From positions 13,284,359 to 13,348,358 of the forward strand of contig OZ316893.1 in NCBI GenBank assembly GCA_973895155.1: DNA of 64,000 nucleotides, given 5' to 3'. Positions 11,901 to 25,322 of the stretch are shown one piece after another (position 1 is the first letter of the stretch; the number at the start of each line of letters is the position of its first letter). The stretch is from Marsupella aquatica. Lineage: Eukaryota > Plantae > Marchantiophyta. The position numbers were made by a program, and so were the translations under genes. The notes under the pieces were generated by a model, which did not search any database, was not told the origin of the DNA, and saw only the letters and a list, made by a program, of their open reading frames with translations.

Positions 11901-14900
11901 ACGGCTGATAACGGTAAAACGGAAGTTGACAGGAGTTTGTTTTCTGGTCAAAACTAGGCTAGTAGTACTTCTTTCTGTCTAGTACATCTTCTCGGCATGG
12001 GTTTACTTTGTTGAGAGTCTATGTTGCAAGCCTGGAGGACGAGTGCAATTAATTGTAGTTCTGTCACTGGCAGAATGCAGAGAGGGCTTCAGGGGTTTTC
12101 TCCCGATCCCAGGAGTAGTACGGTCTACTGAACCATTATGAACCAATTGCAAGATATTCTCCAAAATTTGGTTACCCCAGAATGTCTAACAAGTTAAAGA
12201 ATGCTTGTGGTGAGGACAGGGACTGCACGCATTATTTGCAGGGGAAGATGATTCATGGGAGGCGTGGTTATGTGTGGATACGACAGGAATCTCATTGGTG
12301 CTCGGGCTCAGGGGGAGTGGAGTCAAATTACGAAGAGGCTTTGCTCTGCCAGAGACCCCTCAACCAACACAAGTTTGTAGCCTCACCTTATGCCGACAAT
12401 GTTTTACACCCAAGTTGGCGCACAAAAGCATGGTTAAGAGTTTTGCTCCAGCAAGTTGGATTGGTTATTTCAATGACGTGCTGGATATACTTATATTATA
12501 CCTGCCTGCAAGACAACACCTCCTAGTGTTGTAGACCTATTTGATTGGCGAAAACACTTTGTTTAGAATTTCTACTTATAAGTTTGAAGGCTTAAACACG
12601 AGGGTTTAATACGGCTTATTACCTACACGGCAAGCAGGGTAATGAATTTTTGCGTCCTTGTTTCATGTGGCTAAGGTACGCTTGAAGGTCTGCCCCTAGT
12701 ATTCTGAAGAATTGTCATCTGTTCTTACGTGCTCATCATCGTTTTTACCCTGGACAGGATGAACTCAGACAGCACAAAGAAGAGGAGATGGATGACTATG
12801 CATCAAGGGTATTCTTAAGTAAACCTTTTCCACGTTCAAATTCCTCATTAGTTGAACTTCGTTTGGCATGTCTTCGCCTGTTCTGTGAATGCTCCAGACT
12901 GTTCATTTGTAACTAACTCCAGTGTCTCGTATAGCTTTGCAAGTTAAATCATCCTCCCTGACGTTTGCACTCCATGTCCTTCAGGTACCTGTTCGACATG
13001 TTGTTTTCATGGTGCATGGGATCGGACAGCGACTTGAGAAAGCTAACCTAGTGGATGATGTTGGTGCATTTCGCCGGTCAGTGGCAATGCTGGCAGAACA
13101 GCATCTTACTCAACATCAACGAGATTCTCAACGTGTTCTCTTCATTCCTTGTCAGGTGTGACAAAAGCAGAATTCAGATTGAAAGCTTTACTTTTCTCAT
13201 CTGGAGAACAAGAGAAGATACTCTGTTATCGTTAACGCAGTTTAGCTGTGCAAATTCAGTCCCAGCAATTGCATGGATCGTAGCCAGAACTCTTTTAGGA
13301 CTCCATGTTGTCTGCTCCATCGCTTGTTTTCTCGACAGCTGTAGATCTGTGATTAGATTGAGGTTTTCTTGTATTCATTCATACCCTGCGTATATTTGTT
13401 GGAGGTACTGATCTTCTAAAGGCGGCTGTCCTTAATATATAATTACATCCTCAGAAATGAGCTCCCCCGAAATCCGTCAATAGAACCCTGGAGATACTCT
13501 TGATTTGACGATATCCCTAGCAGATTACCTAAATAATCAGTGAGTGTCGTTACATTACATTTTCACAGGGGTGAGACGAGATAGCTCCAGTGAGATTTAG
13601 GCCTCGTTCTCCTGTTGTTTATGAGTCTGTAAGACATAGGTTATCGGAACTAGGAAGAAACAATTGTTTAAACAGCTAGAACTGAGGTTATTTTACTGAC
13701 ATTGTTTTGTATATGTCCAGTGGAGAAGAGAACTAAAACTTGGTGGTGAGAAAAGTGTAGAGGATTGTACATTGGACGGTGTACGAGCTCTGAGAACAAT
13801 GTTGAGTGCTACAGTTCATGATGTGCTCTACTATATGAGTCCTGTGTACTGCCAAGACATCATGGACTCGGTCAGCCTTCAGTTCCTACTCACTTACGTA
13901 CTATCTTTATTCAAATTAGTATGCTGAATATGTCGTCGGACCTGGTTTGTGACCGACCTCTGTTGTTGATTTGTTGTGCAGGTTAGTCACTCTTTGAATA
14001 GACTCTATCGGAAGTTCATAAAGCGAAATCCAGATTTTGATGGCAAGGTAATAATCTGCAGGGTCTGTGGTTACAGCCTTGGAACTTGCGGTTGTCCTTC
14101 AGCAAGTATCTTATTGTTTTCTTCACTCTTCTAGCACTGGTAGCCATCGTTAACATATATTTGTCTTAGTAGCTTTCTGTGGATTTTGTGCAGGTTTCTA
14201 TTTACGGACATTCCTTAGGAACTGTTTTGTCTTATGACATTCTGTGTCATCAAACGGATGCATCATCTACTTCAACTGCTCCAATAGCTGAACTCGAACC
14301 TGTTGCCAATCAACCTGAGAAGGATGAGAATGATGGATCATTCTCTTCAAATGCTACCACACCTGAAATTAAGCCCGATTCCAATGAAACTGGCGACGAG
14401 GTTTCTCCAAGTAATAGTTCCGACATTACAAATGGGTTATCAGCACTAGAAGATTCGGATGACAGCTGTTCTTCTGATATCTCGGACAAAATAGCAGAAG
14501 GGGAGAAAAATATGGAGGTACAAGGCGGTGACACAAAGACAGAACGCGAGTGCAATGCAGACAGCGATAAGCCATTAGAGACGAAGCATAGCGACGGAGC
14601 GTCTCAAGTTCAGATCACGGAAGTAGAAGCCCTGAAAGCTGAAGTAAGGGCCATCTCTAAACAAGCTGCAAAATTGCGGTTCATATTGGATCCGTTGTGT
14701 GTTTCAGTAATCTGTTCCAGATCATAAGCTGTTGACTTAGTCATTTGGAAAGATCTGCCTGCAAGGTTGGTGCACAATTTGACCAGGCAATGAAAGCTAG
14801 ACTCTAGACTATCAAGTACCGGAAATCGAAACCCCCAATAAAATGAAGATTGTGTGTTGTCCAATCCAAACGTTAAATGTGAGAGAGCAGTGTCAAGACG

Positions 14901-17900
14901 GTTGAGAAAGGCTCTTTTAGCAAATCCTTTGCCTGTGGAATATGGCAGCTTTTTTCGTTTTATATTAGGAATTACGTAGCGATTGATTGCAGAAGGGTAA
15001 GAAGTTTCTTAACGAATGTGGTACATGTTTTTTCAGGTTAAAATGTTGCAGGAGAAGCTTTCTGCCCTAATGGAAGAAAAGTCTCTGGGAGAAAACTCGT
15101 GTTCCCCTCCGCCTCCAGCAACAATTTCACAACGTGCTACTGGAATATCTAAAGATGACTGTACTAAAGGACCAGACGGACACGGTGCAGGCTTAGAGGA
15201 TCCCCAGGCAACCAAGAATCCTCCAACTGCTGACAATAGAGAGGCCTCCATGAACAGTAAATTCAGCTCAAAGAAACATTTCACTCCCCACATATCCTAC
15301 ACCAGGCTTGACTTCAAGGTATCCATATCACCTTCTTCGTCGAAACTTAACTTTAAACTGCTAAATCACGAACTTCTGACTCTGTACAGGCTCGTCCTTT
15401 CTTGTCAACACTTGATACTCGGGGTAGAGTATGCAATCCCCGGTTTCAAGCAAAGTAGTTATCACCGTTTTATGCTAATGTCACCTTCACGACGATGTTG
15501 AGAAAATTTTAAACTTAAGATTTCACTTGTCGATGTCTCATGTAGATTCGTACTTAAACCAGGGAACTATTTTGATTGTAGGGAGAACGTAAACTGAAAG
15601 TTGTTTTTATCTCTCATCACGGTGTTTTCGGCAAATTTCCCGCAGGTTGATACATTTTTTTCTGTTGGTTCTCCACTTGGAGTATTTTTATCTCTTCGAA
15701 ACATTCGTGTTGGAGTGGGTAGGTTTCGATAAGCTTCCGAGTGCTTTCCTGAGTTGTTGCACGAGTGCTCGATTGTATGGCGGCGTGCTCTCTTTGTAGT
15801 TCACGCTCATCATCGTCCCTCCCCTCCCGCCCCTCTCTTTTTCTTCGAATTAGTAATTATCTCTCTTCTGAAAGATGTATTTCCTTTTGATATTTGTAAC
15901 TCTGGTAAAAATCTGCTCACCAGAAAAAGTGCCAAAAGGGCATTCGAGATCCCGTAATATTCCTTAGTATGTGTTCATGACCCTAAATTTAAAAATGGCT
16001 TTTGAACTCCCATCCCTGATAGAAAAGATCGTGGGAAAGCCAGATGTGAAGTAGAAACCAGAACTATCGCTCGTGCAGTCGTGAACCTATTTTAATTCAT
16101 ATTCTCTAGATTCATGATGACATCGTTGTTAATGTAGCTATGGCTTGGGATGATCTAAGTTGTGGAAGTCTTTTGTTTTGAGTCAGTAAATTGAATCTTT
16201 GATCAGGTTTGGGTCAGGAATATTGGCAAAATGACGGGATTGACGAGGAGATGCCAGCTGTTCGGCAGATGATGAATATATTCCATCCTTATGATCCAGT
16301 TGCCTACAGGTGTCTCCCATTCACGCGATCATTATCAAGATAAATTTTTCCGTTTTCATTTTTTTGCATTATGTTTAGAGTTCTGAAGTTTCCCCAATTC
16401 AGTTGTGGTCAATTCAAAAGTTTCATCAATCTATTACAGTCCAATGGTTTAGAGACCAGTAGGTTTCCTTCTATATGTGTGCACAAGTTTTCTAGGTTCT
16501 CATTACTGAATTCATAGCCCTGGCTCTTACATTCTAATTTTCCTATGCACATTGATCTGTTCGATTTGTGTAGGATTGAACCTCTAATATGTAGGGAGTT
16601 CGTGAAGAGGCGTCCTAAATTTATTCCATATCATAAAGGAGGGAAGAGGTTGCATATTGGTATGCAGGTAAGAGGTTATGTTTCCCTCGTACCGCAAGTG
16701 ATGTGAGATACGCCACTGACTGCATGATGGCTTTTGTCAGGGGATACTGCTTCCCATCTGAGCGTGGTATCTGTCACCTACGCACAGGACAGTATTTCCT
16801 GGGTTATGTGGTAGTCCCAGGCCTTGATCACTAGCGCTAACCGCTTTAAGTGTTTCTTGGTCTATCCTGGAATTTAGGATTATATCTTAGTTTGGGGATC
16901 GGGAGGTGCGAAACAGGACCCCTTACCCAGTGTGAAAACTTTCACTCCTTGATTCAATGTTTGTCCACGAGCCTGTGACAAAGTGGCAAAGTTATGGTTC
17001 CGGTTCTTTAGCTCACAAAAGTCCTTTTTGTTTGAACAGGAGTTTCAGGAGGATCTGTCAGCTCGTTCAAAAGCGATCGTGGACTCTTTAAGCTCTGTTG
17101 GGGTAAGCCATCACATCCCCGTAAATGTCTCAGCCTTATTTCTAATATTAAAGTGATCATCAAGAAAGCTATCGCCCATTTCGCTAGCTGGGACTGTGTG
17201 GCTCCAAATTTTCATCTATGGCAAATTCTCTTACTTTTCTCAAATTGATTTGAGCAGACGAGGGTTGCTAGTGCCTTCTCCTCTACGCCTAAGCACAAAG
17301 ATGGTGAGTCAATTAGCTCCTTTTCATGAAGTAATTGGATGTGCGAAGGGAATGTATTCTTTCCTGGGTTGCGTTCTCATTGAATATCCTAGACACTAGT
17401 TGCTGGATGACTGTCTGTAGTTAGAATATTGAAATTTGGATTCGAAACTGTCGTTCAATTGTAAACAGTTTATTTACACAAGTGATGTTAGATACGCCAC
17501 ACTCGGTAATCAAACCCTAGCTGACTAGCTGCAACTTTGTCTAAAATCTCGTCTTTGATGGAGGGTGCAGAGGACACGGACGGAAACAAGGAAAAAACAT
17601 ATGGTGCAAAGATGATGGAGAGACTGACAGGGGGTCCTGAAGGTCGGCTTGACTACCAACTACAAGTAAGATCGAACACAATTTTCTTTTCTCGTTCTTT
17701 ACAACTTGATGCCACGCAACATGTGCTCAATAGTGACAATGAAGTATGTTCAATATCCAATTTCAGATGTGCATACTGGGACAGTGTAGAAAAATTACGG
17801 ATGACCATTCTGTGGAAGATGGGGCACGATGGCACACTACTGCTATTAGATTCCGCGTGACAAAGCTTATGAAAACTTGTAAGCTTGTCGTTTTCGTTAT

Positions 17901-18565
17901 GCGCTCTTAAATCTCGGTTTCTATGTGGTTTGAACGACTCACTTGACCCATCCCAAAACGACGAAGATATGTACATCGCTTGCCTCGAGGATGCAGCATT
18001 TTATGTAACAGAAGTACCCTTGTGAATAATTTTTGATTGCTTTTCATTACCTGTTGCAGGATTCAACATTTGAGCATCCGTACATTGCTGTTCTCAGCTC
18101 TCACACGTAAGTAAAATTGTCCATTTTATATACTTTTAGTGGGAGAATGTTTTCCGTTGACTGTTCTTTGTGATCGTGTTTTTGCATTCCACAGTACCAT
18201 GAATACTTTGAGATTGGTAAAATATTCCACTTTTAGCAATGGCCAGAGGTGGTGACTAACCACGTCACTCAATACTTTCTGTCTTTAGAGCGTATTGGCA
18301 CGATTTGGACACGGCACTCTTCATTTTGAAACATTTATACAAAGATGTACCCGAGGAACCAACTCCTCCTCCTGTAGAAAATGGACACGGTAGTGACGAG
18401 CAATCTGAGGTACCTAGTGGTTCCACTCCTGTGGAAGTTGAACTAGACACCAAGTCGCCAGAAGATTCTGATCCAGACGATCTCCCTTTAACGTTTTCTT
18501 CCAAAGACGCGATAGCTGCTGTTTTGGCCGATGCCAACAAGGTCAAAGCTGACTGGATGGGGTAG
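8969..18565 (+). CDS. SGR2: SGR2-like DDHD-domain (PA-preferring) phospholipase A1, 20 exons
   Basis: Exons 8969-9830, 10279-10379, 10844-11059, 11268-11423, 11759-11830, 12220-12372, 12758-12808, 12985-13155, 13721-13870, 13982-14047, 14194-14643, 15037-15318, 15646-15718, 16207-16309, 16574-16667, 17040-17102, 17258-17303, 17571-17665, 18060-18106, 18289-18565; GT-AG, in phase. Motifs DVRWYFCK, RRVLRGHWF, HVVFMVHGIG, lipase GHSLG, FSVGSPLG, NIFHPYDPVAYRIEP, GRLDYQLQ, SHTAYWHDLDTALF. Confidence 0.95.
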
Positions 18566-20103
18566 GTTGTTGGAGCTCCATGTTTTTTCCTAATCAGTAG
18601 ACACTTTGAGGTAAGCGTGCAAGAGTTCTACAGGAGTGTGGGGGACCAGCACCCTAAAGTTGACTGAAGGCAGATGTGGGGAGGCACGCGAAGGGGAAGG
18701 AAGCGAAAATCCATTAGTTTCATTCATATAACTAATAGACAGGAGTCAAGACTCCATTTTTTCAGAGGTTATTGCCTCAATTCGATTTTGCACAGTTTCA
18801 CTTGAAATTCAAGCTACAGTAGCTTGAATTTTTGCCCGCTGAAGCCGATATAACTAGTTGTGACGAATTATCATGCATTTAGCTGAATCTGTGAGCTACT
18901 CATAGTTCCGTGTCCTGTTGTACATACCGTATATTGGATGTATAATTATATGGTCCTGCTGATTATTAAGGTGAGCCATTTCTAGCCTTTTTGTGAAGAG
19001 TATTATCCATCGTCATGTGCTTAAATTTAAATGTAAGGAAATAGGAGTTTCCGATGGTGTGACCGCTGTTTCGAGGAATTTGTGTACCCAGAATGAGAAG
19101 GGAGGTCTCTCCAGTCTTTTCCGTCAATAAGGCCCCTGGCAACTTTCTACGATGCCCAGGAGCTCAAGTTTGGTCTCCATGTGCAACTTAAAAATGCTTA
19201 GGGTTGCTCACTGTTGTTTCCGTTGTCAATTGGGTTCCCGCCGACTTTAAATTCGTACGTTAATTCGTTCATTTCAAGTTCCGAAGTTCTCAAACGATGT
19301 CTTACTGCAGTTGTGAGTGGAGATTTCTTGTCCAAATGGTTTTCAGGTAATGCTGCTATCTTTGGTTTAGCTTTGCTGTTATCTTCATAGGTTTTCCAGG
19401 AATTACTACATACATGTCTGCTTTCACGGCTGGAGTCACTAGTCTTGCTACTACGAAAATTTTCTTTGGGAACGCCAGTGGAACCCCAAGAAATGAACGA
19501 ACTCATTAATTGATTTATAACTCCCCAGCTCCCAGGGAAAGTTATTGACGAACTGTCGCAGTGGTCGGGACATTATGTGATCTAATCTTGTCAACATTCA
19601 TGCCCGCTTTTGGTTGAGCACAAATGCCTTTGATGGTTAATTGAGGACTATTATTCAGTCTAGGCTGGTTACATCCAGGTTGTGGTTGTTGACGACCTCG
19701 GTGTTTCCATCTTGCTTGAAGGCTATCGTAAACGAGTGTGGTAGAGTACTACAATTTCGTCGCTTTTGGATCTCTACCTTATATACGCACCTTGCTTTAA
19801 AATGGTGTCTCCACCTCTGTCAATGCAGCACAGCGTGATCTTCCTGTATCGTGCCTTCAGCATAACTGAACTTCAGACTCTGACTATCAGATTCCTCAAC
19901 CGTTGGTTCATGTTGTGGGAAAGTCTTTGAAGTCTCTGCACACGATTGCATTCTGGGAACGAGTGGATAAATTCAGTGAAGAGAATTACTCCTGGAAAAG
20001 ATCCTTTCAAGCAATGGGCGAATTCACTGAAATGGACTACTTTCTGAATGGATCGAATCAAGATCCTCGAAGTTACAAAAACAAGTCGAATGAGGAACGA
20101 CAG

Positions 20104-20300
20104 GGGAGCCCAGATTCGGTTTGGTAAATTGCAAAATAAGGTTTGGTGCTGTGAATAAAGCGTTTGAAGCAAGGTTTGAAGGCTTTCCAGACTACCCAGA
20201 CAAGGGAGCCCAGATTCGGTTTGGTAATTTGCAAAAGAAGGTTTGGTGTTGTGAATAAAGCGTTTGAATCAAGGTTTGAAGGCTTCCCAGACTACCCAGA
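20104..20300. repeat. 100-bp tandem duplication (2 copies)
   Basis: GGGAGCCCAGATTCGGTTTGGTAA...CCAGACTACCCAGA starts at 20104 and at 20204, with a few substitutions. Confidence 0.9.
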
Positions 20301-21186
20301 GACCCAACCTTCATTCACTGATTTCTACAGAGACCTAGGATCCAGGTCTATTATAGTTTTCTTCAGTCACGGTGGTTCGCGATTAGATCATATTTCTGTC
20401 AGTAATGTGATCTGGACCACTCGTATCCAGGAGTCAATCGCTGATATAGTTTTGAGCTTTGAAATGATAGTTCAGATTAGCCCCACTGGCCACAGTTCAA
20501 TGTCTAGGCTAGGCAAATAATATCAACATTGTCACGAATCCAGAAGCAACTATGCCAAAGCCATGCAAGGTTGTCGACTCGTAGTTCCCAAAACCCTGGA
20601 TACCTCCACACGAGTGTAAAAACCGCTGTGGTTTATGTGAGAAGCTCCCAATTTTTTTTCCTATCAGAGAAGCTCTGGAACATATCCTCTCAATTCCTGA
20701 AAACAATAATAGATAAGAGGCGTGTCAGAACCCCTGCGCTTTCGTGAAAAGCTCCCCTGTCCAAAGAGGTTCTACAACATTCCCATCAATTTGTTCATGT
20801 TTAGTTAATGTGATATGGTCCTCTCGTCTCGTCCTCTTCGTGTGTTGTTAGAAGACATAGCTTCTGGTCTCTTGGCATCATCTGCCTCTGCCTACCGTGT
20901 TCGCACCTGCCTACCCCAGATTATAGGTCAGTCTGGAGCTCATAATACTCGCACCTGACTCCTTACCCCACTGTGTCTCTTTTTTGGAGCTTCCATGGAG
21001 AATTTAATCCTTCCCCTTCTTTGTCTCGTTGCACTTCGTTCTTATATTACTCCTCTAGAGATGGGCAACCGGTAGTTCAGTGACTTCGAAGTATAGTGTG
21101 TTGTAATTGTATGTTCTTCGATTATCATCCTCTGAAGTAATTGTCTCCTTTTGGAGGTGTAAAATCATGACATCAGGCTTCGGCAC

Positions 21187-21220
21187 CGTGTCGACACCAA
21201 GAGCGTGTCGACACCAAGAG
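21187..21220. repeat. Perfect 17-bp tandem duplication containing the palindrome GTGTCGACAC, ~330 bp upstream of the GST start
   Basis: CGTGTCGACACCAAGAG x2, seen directly. Confidence 0.85.
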
Positions 21221-21551
21221 CTCCTGCCCTCCACAGCTCGCCACCCACGAGCTCGTTCCCACTCATGACGCGTAACCAGCAATTTGCATGGACGCTCCTC
21301 AAAACTCGCCGTCCAATTGTCAACAATCGAGTGAAATCCCTCGTCAGCAATTCTCGGTTCATCGTTAGAACGATTGATTGCATTCAGACGCATGTTTCCG
21401 TGAAAGGAGAACAGCTCCAGAGCTCCCATGGAAGTCAAGTCCGAGTGACGTTTTTCTCCAGGGAGCATAGTCTTGTGAAATGCAATTCTCGAGACAATTC
21501 TTACCACAACTCGTTCGAATTCATCAGATCGCACACAAATCCTCATCCGCC

Positions 21552-22415
21552 ATGGCCTCTGTGGACACGAATCTCTACCCCCACGCCACCGGCGCTGCCG
21601 CCTCCCTCGTCGCTGCCCATTCTGCCGAGCAACCCCTCAAGCTCTACGCAGGCTGGTTCTGCCCCTTCGTCCAGCGCGCTTGGCTCGTCCTCGAAGAGAA
21701 GCAGATCCCGTACCAGTACATCGAGATCAACCCCTACCACAAATCCAAGTCCTTCCTGGAGCTCAATCCGCGCGGCCTCGTCCCCACTCTCGGCGTACCT
21801 AAGAGCACAAGCTCGGACGGGAAAGCGAAGGTCACGAAACCCTTGTACGAGAGCACCGTCATCTGCGAATACCTTGACGAGGTCTACGCCGATGCGGAGA
21901 AGCATGGGCCTAGCTTGTACCCCAGTGATGCGTACGAGAGGGCGCGCTGCAGGATTTGGATCGACCACATCAGCTCCCGCATCGTCCCGAGCTTCTACAG
22001 GTTCTGCCAGCATCAGCCGCACTCCAGTTACTCGATCGAGGACGCGAGGGCCGAGTTCCTGGGACGTTTGAAGACGTTCATCACCGAGGCGGATGAGGAG
22101 GGCCCGTTCTTTCTCGGGAAGCAATATTCGATGGTGGATGTGATGCTCACGCCATGGCTGGTGAGGCTGTGGATTCTTGACCATTTCAAGGACGGGGGCT
22201 TGGGGATGCCGGGACCTGGGCAGGCGGCGAACGAGGAGGAGGAAGAGGTGTGGAATCGGTGGAGGAAGTGGGCGGATGCAGTGGAGGGGAGGAGGAGTGT
22301 CAAGGAGACGCTGAGCAGCAGAGAGCAATACATCCCTGCTTATCAGCGCTATGCGGACGACAAGGCGCAGAGTGAGGTGGCCAAGGCGACGAGGAGTGGA
22401 CGGAATCTGCCTTGA
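21552..22415 (+). CDS. Cys-type (omega-like) glutathione S-transferase, 287 aa, single exon, fungal-like
   Basis: ATG at 21552 in GCCATGG context. GST N-domain LYAGWFCPFVQR, LEEKQIPYQYIEINPY, LNPRGLVP (cis-Pro loop), LYESTVICEYLDE; C-domain GPFFLG..YSMVD N-cap. No introns, strongly G/C-ending codons. Confidence 0.92.
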   Translation: MASVDTNLYPHATGAAASLVAAHSAEQPLKLYAGWFCPFVQRAWLVLEEKQIPYQYIEINPYHKSKSFLELNPRGLVPTLGVPKSTSSDGKAKVTKPLYESTVICEYLDEVYADAEKHGPSLYPSDAYERARCRIWIDHISSRIVPSFYRFCQHQPHSSYSIEDARAEFLGRLKTFITEADEEGPFFLGKQYSMVDVMLTPWLVRLWILDHFKDGGLGMPGPGQAANEEEEEVWNRWRKWADAVEGRRSVKETLSSREQYIPAYQRYADDKAQSEVAKATRSGRNLP

Positions 22416-22452
22416 TAATGATCTGTATCTTTGCTACTTCGCGATTGTACCC

Positions 22453-22455
<3 letters not shown>

Positions 22456-22490
<35 letters not shown>
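22456..22490. repeat. (GA)n microsatellite in the GST 3' region
   Basis: About 17 perfect GA units, 40 bp after the stop codon. Confidence 0.95.
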
Positions 22491-22492
<2 letters not shown>

Positions 22493-25322
22493 GTTTGGAG
22501 CCCACAATTGAAGAATTGAATGGGGCATTGAGCGCCTCTGCTGCTGCACAGTAGTGCTTTAGAATTAGAATTCAGCAATTTTGACCCCTAATGCAGTGGA
22601 GTGGATGGAATCTGCCATAGTGATGATGTGTGTCTATGCTATTTTGAGATCTACGTAGTGGCAGCACTCACTCGCGATCACAGCCGAATCGCAAGATCTA
22701 TTGTCACAAACCTCTTCTGTAGAACTCGAGCTGTTCACCATTTGAGCTCCATATGACGAACTCGTTGCAACTATATAGCAAATGCAAATAAAGAGCTAGC
22801 AAAGATCTGGAGAACTGCAGCTAACGCTTCGATCTAATTTCCTACCGGGACTTTTGGATTAAGACTACCGTCTGTGTGGCCGACCCAATTTGGAATCATA
22901 TATGAACATCTCTTGCGCCGAAATCTCGAGCTGGCCTTCATTATATGGTTGTGGCAGTTGGATTCTAAGGACATTGGTTTCTCCAGTATCAGAGAATGAC
23001 ATCAAAATGACAATGATAAAGAAGATATACTGGCTAGTAGTTGGAAGCTATGATTGCCGAGCCAATCAGATCTACAACCATAGATGAGCAATTTCATTCT
23101 CTCACAAAGAAGGCAAAAGAACTGTAAAACAAAATCGACACAGCTAGAGAGACTAATGCAAGCCAAGGGTCCATGCTTGAGTAGCCCATAATCATAGTCG
23201 TGAAATCTGATACAGATTTGCAAATAGAATCCGGAGGCCTCCGTTTTTCATTCATTTATATGTTGCTTAGATCTATTTATGGGTTCTAGAACTGTTGGGA
23301 GCAGTCATGGGACCATATGGTCCTTCAGCGTTTTGAACATCAGAAAGTAGGAAGAAGGAATCCACACAGCACAACCACTGACCCGTCCGACTCCAGGGTG
23401 ACTGAATGAATGGAATTCGGCTGGCCACCGAAATCATAGTAGGCAATAACAGAGCAGTAATCTCCTTGTACGGAATATGCATGTTCTATGTGTGTTCACA
23501 TCGTTCGTAGTTTCCTCTTCACCCGGTTCTTTAGGGTTAGTGTAATTGATTCAGTTCGTGGTAGTCAAATAGCAGGAATCCTCCACCGAATCCACGCATC
23601 CGACTAAGTACGCATATTCAATGTGTCAGGTGCTACTGTAGTTGGAGGCATTTTTCTAGGTTGTTTATAAGAGGGGATAAGTACGAACCTTACTCAAGAT
23701 TACACGTCTCGTTGAGAGAGGTTCACCATTCCAGTGCGGATCCATCCACCCAATACCCTTGTCTGCGCTTGGGGAGCTAGTGGGTGCCTTGTGCCCCCAT
23801 TCTGTTGTATATTTTCTTTCGATGTTTGCGAGCAATCCATGACATCAGATTGCTCTCAGCAAGCCACAACGGGCCACTCGGTTTTCTTTTGTTTTCTCTC
23901 GTTCTATTGTTCGAACGGAAAATTTTGAAGCACGAACGAGAGAAAAGGGAGTTGGTGGTCAGCGGATGGGTGCCACAGCTACAAATTGAGTATCCGAGTT
24001 TTCTGTTGGGAATTGTTCGCTGATATTGTTTTGACTGATGTCGTTGACTGGCAAAGCATCCGAGGTTTCTGTTAGGAGTTGTTTTCACCGTGAATGTTTC
24101 AGCCCCAACTCCTAGATCTTCTTTAAGAGGTTAACGAAGTCTCTTGCGATTGGTGAATCATATGCTCCGGTTCCTGCCCTCATCCCTCTTTATTTTGTTG
24201 TCTTTATTGTCCCTACTGTCCTTCGCTAATTTACGTCGCAGCTCCTGGGTGGCACACGATATACACCGCAATTCTCATGGTCAACTTGCACAGTATGCGC
24301 ATTGCAATTCCCCTCCTACAGCCCACGTTGCCTCTGGAAAATGCAATCTTTTTTATCATTCTTTTCAGCTGTTGAAATGTCTTGGAATTGTTCAACAAAC
24401 CAACACCAAATTGATGTTCTCAGATTATCAATTTACCTGCTTTGCGAATCGCCTTTTCACCCGAGGTGCGAGTAATTACGAATCAAATTATGTGTAACGA
24501 TCACTGTTGAGCTCATCAAATTTGAAACGGAATCGCAAAACGAGGATTTCTCCGCATCCATTGCCAGCGAAGATGCACGTTATATCCAAAATCACTGCAG
24601 AGTATTGATTCTCTTTATCCCCCGCCCGCAGGCAGGATCTCCAATTGCAAAAGAGATGAATATTGATTGTCATGGAGTGACCAACACGGCCAAGCCTAAG
24701 ATTGAGCCCAAAACCTTGACAAGGAGGATGGTAGCTACGCACCAATGTGGTTCGTGACTAAATGGGACGAGAGCAGGTCAAAGCGATATGGAGCACTTGT
24801 CTTCTACTCTCTGCAACTACTGTGACCTGATACAAGCGAAGAGACCTTTCCTGTTATCTACTTCTGTAGATGCGTGATCTCAAGCCTGTGACTATCCACC
24901 CCTCAGGGACAAAACTGAAGTCGATCGACATGTTCAAGGTCCGAGACGTCTGACAATCCTAATTCGTCCATGACTAACTTTCCTTTACCTACTACTGTTG
25001 TACTCTACGCCGAAATTTACAATGCAAGGCTCCGTTCTGCCCCAGGTATCGAACACTCTGAAGTTAATGAAATTAGGAATAGCAATGGTTTGAAAAACCC
25101 CTGGACTGGATGTTGTTTCTCTTCACTCTAGGCCCTGTGCTGCACAAGAAAGATATTCTCACAGGCGTCAGTGAGGATGGCCACACGAAAGAATGGTACC
25201 ATGCAAAAAACTGTGGTGGGAAACTAACGCTCTCATGGCACTTTGAAACGAGAGGGCACTGACCTGAGAATGTTGAAGAGGCACTGCCATAGTAGAGGAC
25301 ACTGATCTTCCGGGATCTTGGA

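Noticed and set aside
21480-21551. Upstream extension of the GST ORF given in the track
   Set aside because: It starts at a non-ATG codon. The first ATG (21552) is in good context and marks the start of the family-like sequence.
21543-22328. 261-aa antisense ORF and the overlapping 288-aa ORF 21205-22071
   Set aside because: Shadows of the GC-rich GST coding sequence; no recognisable domain.
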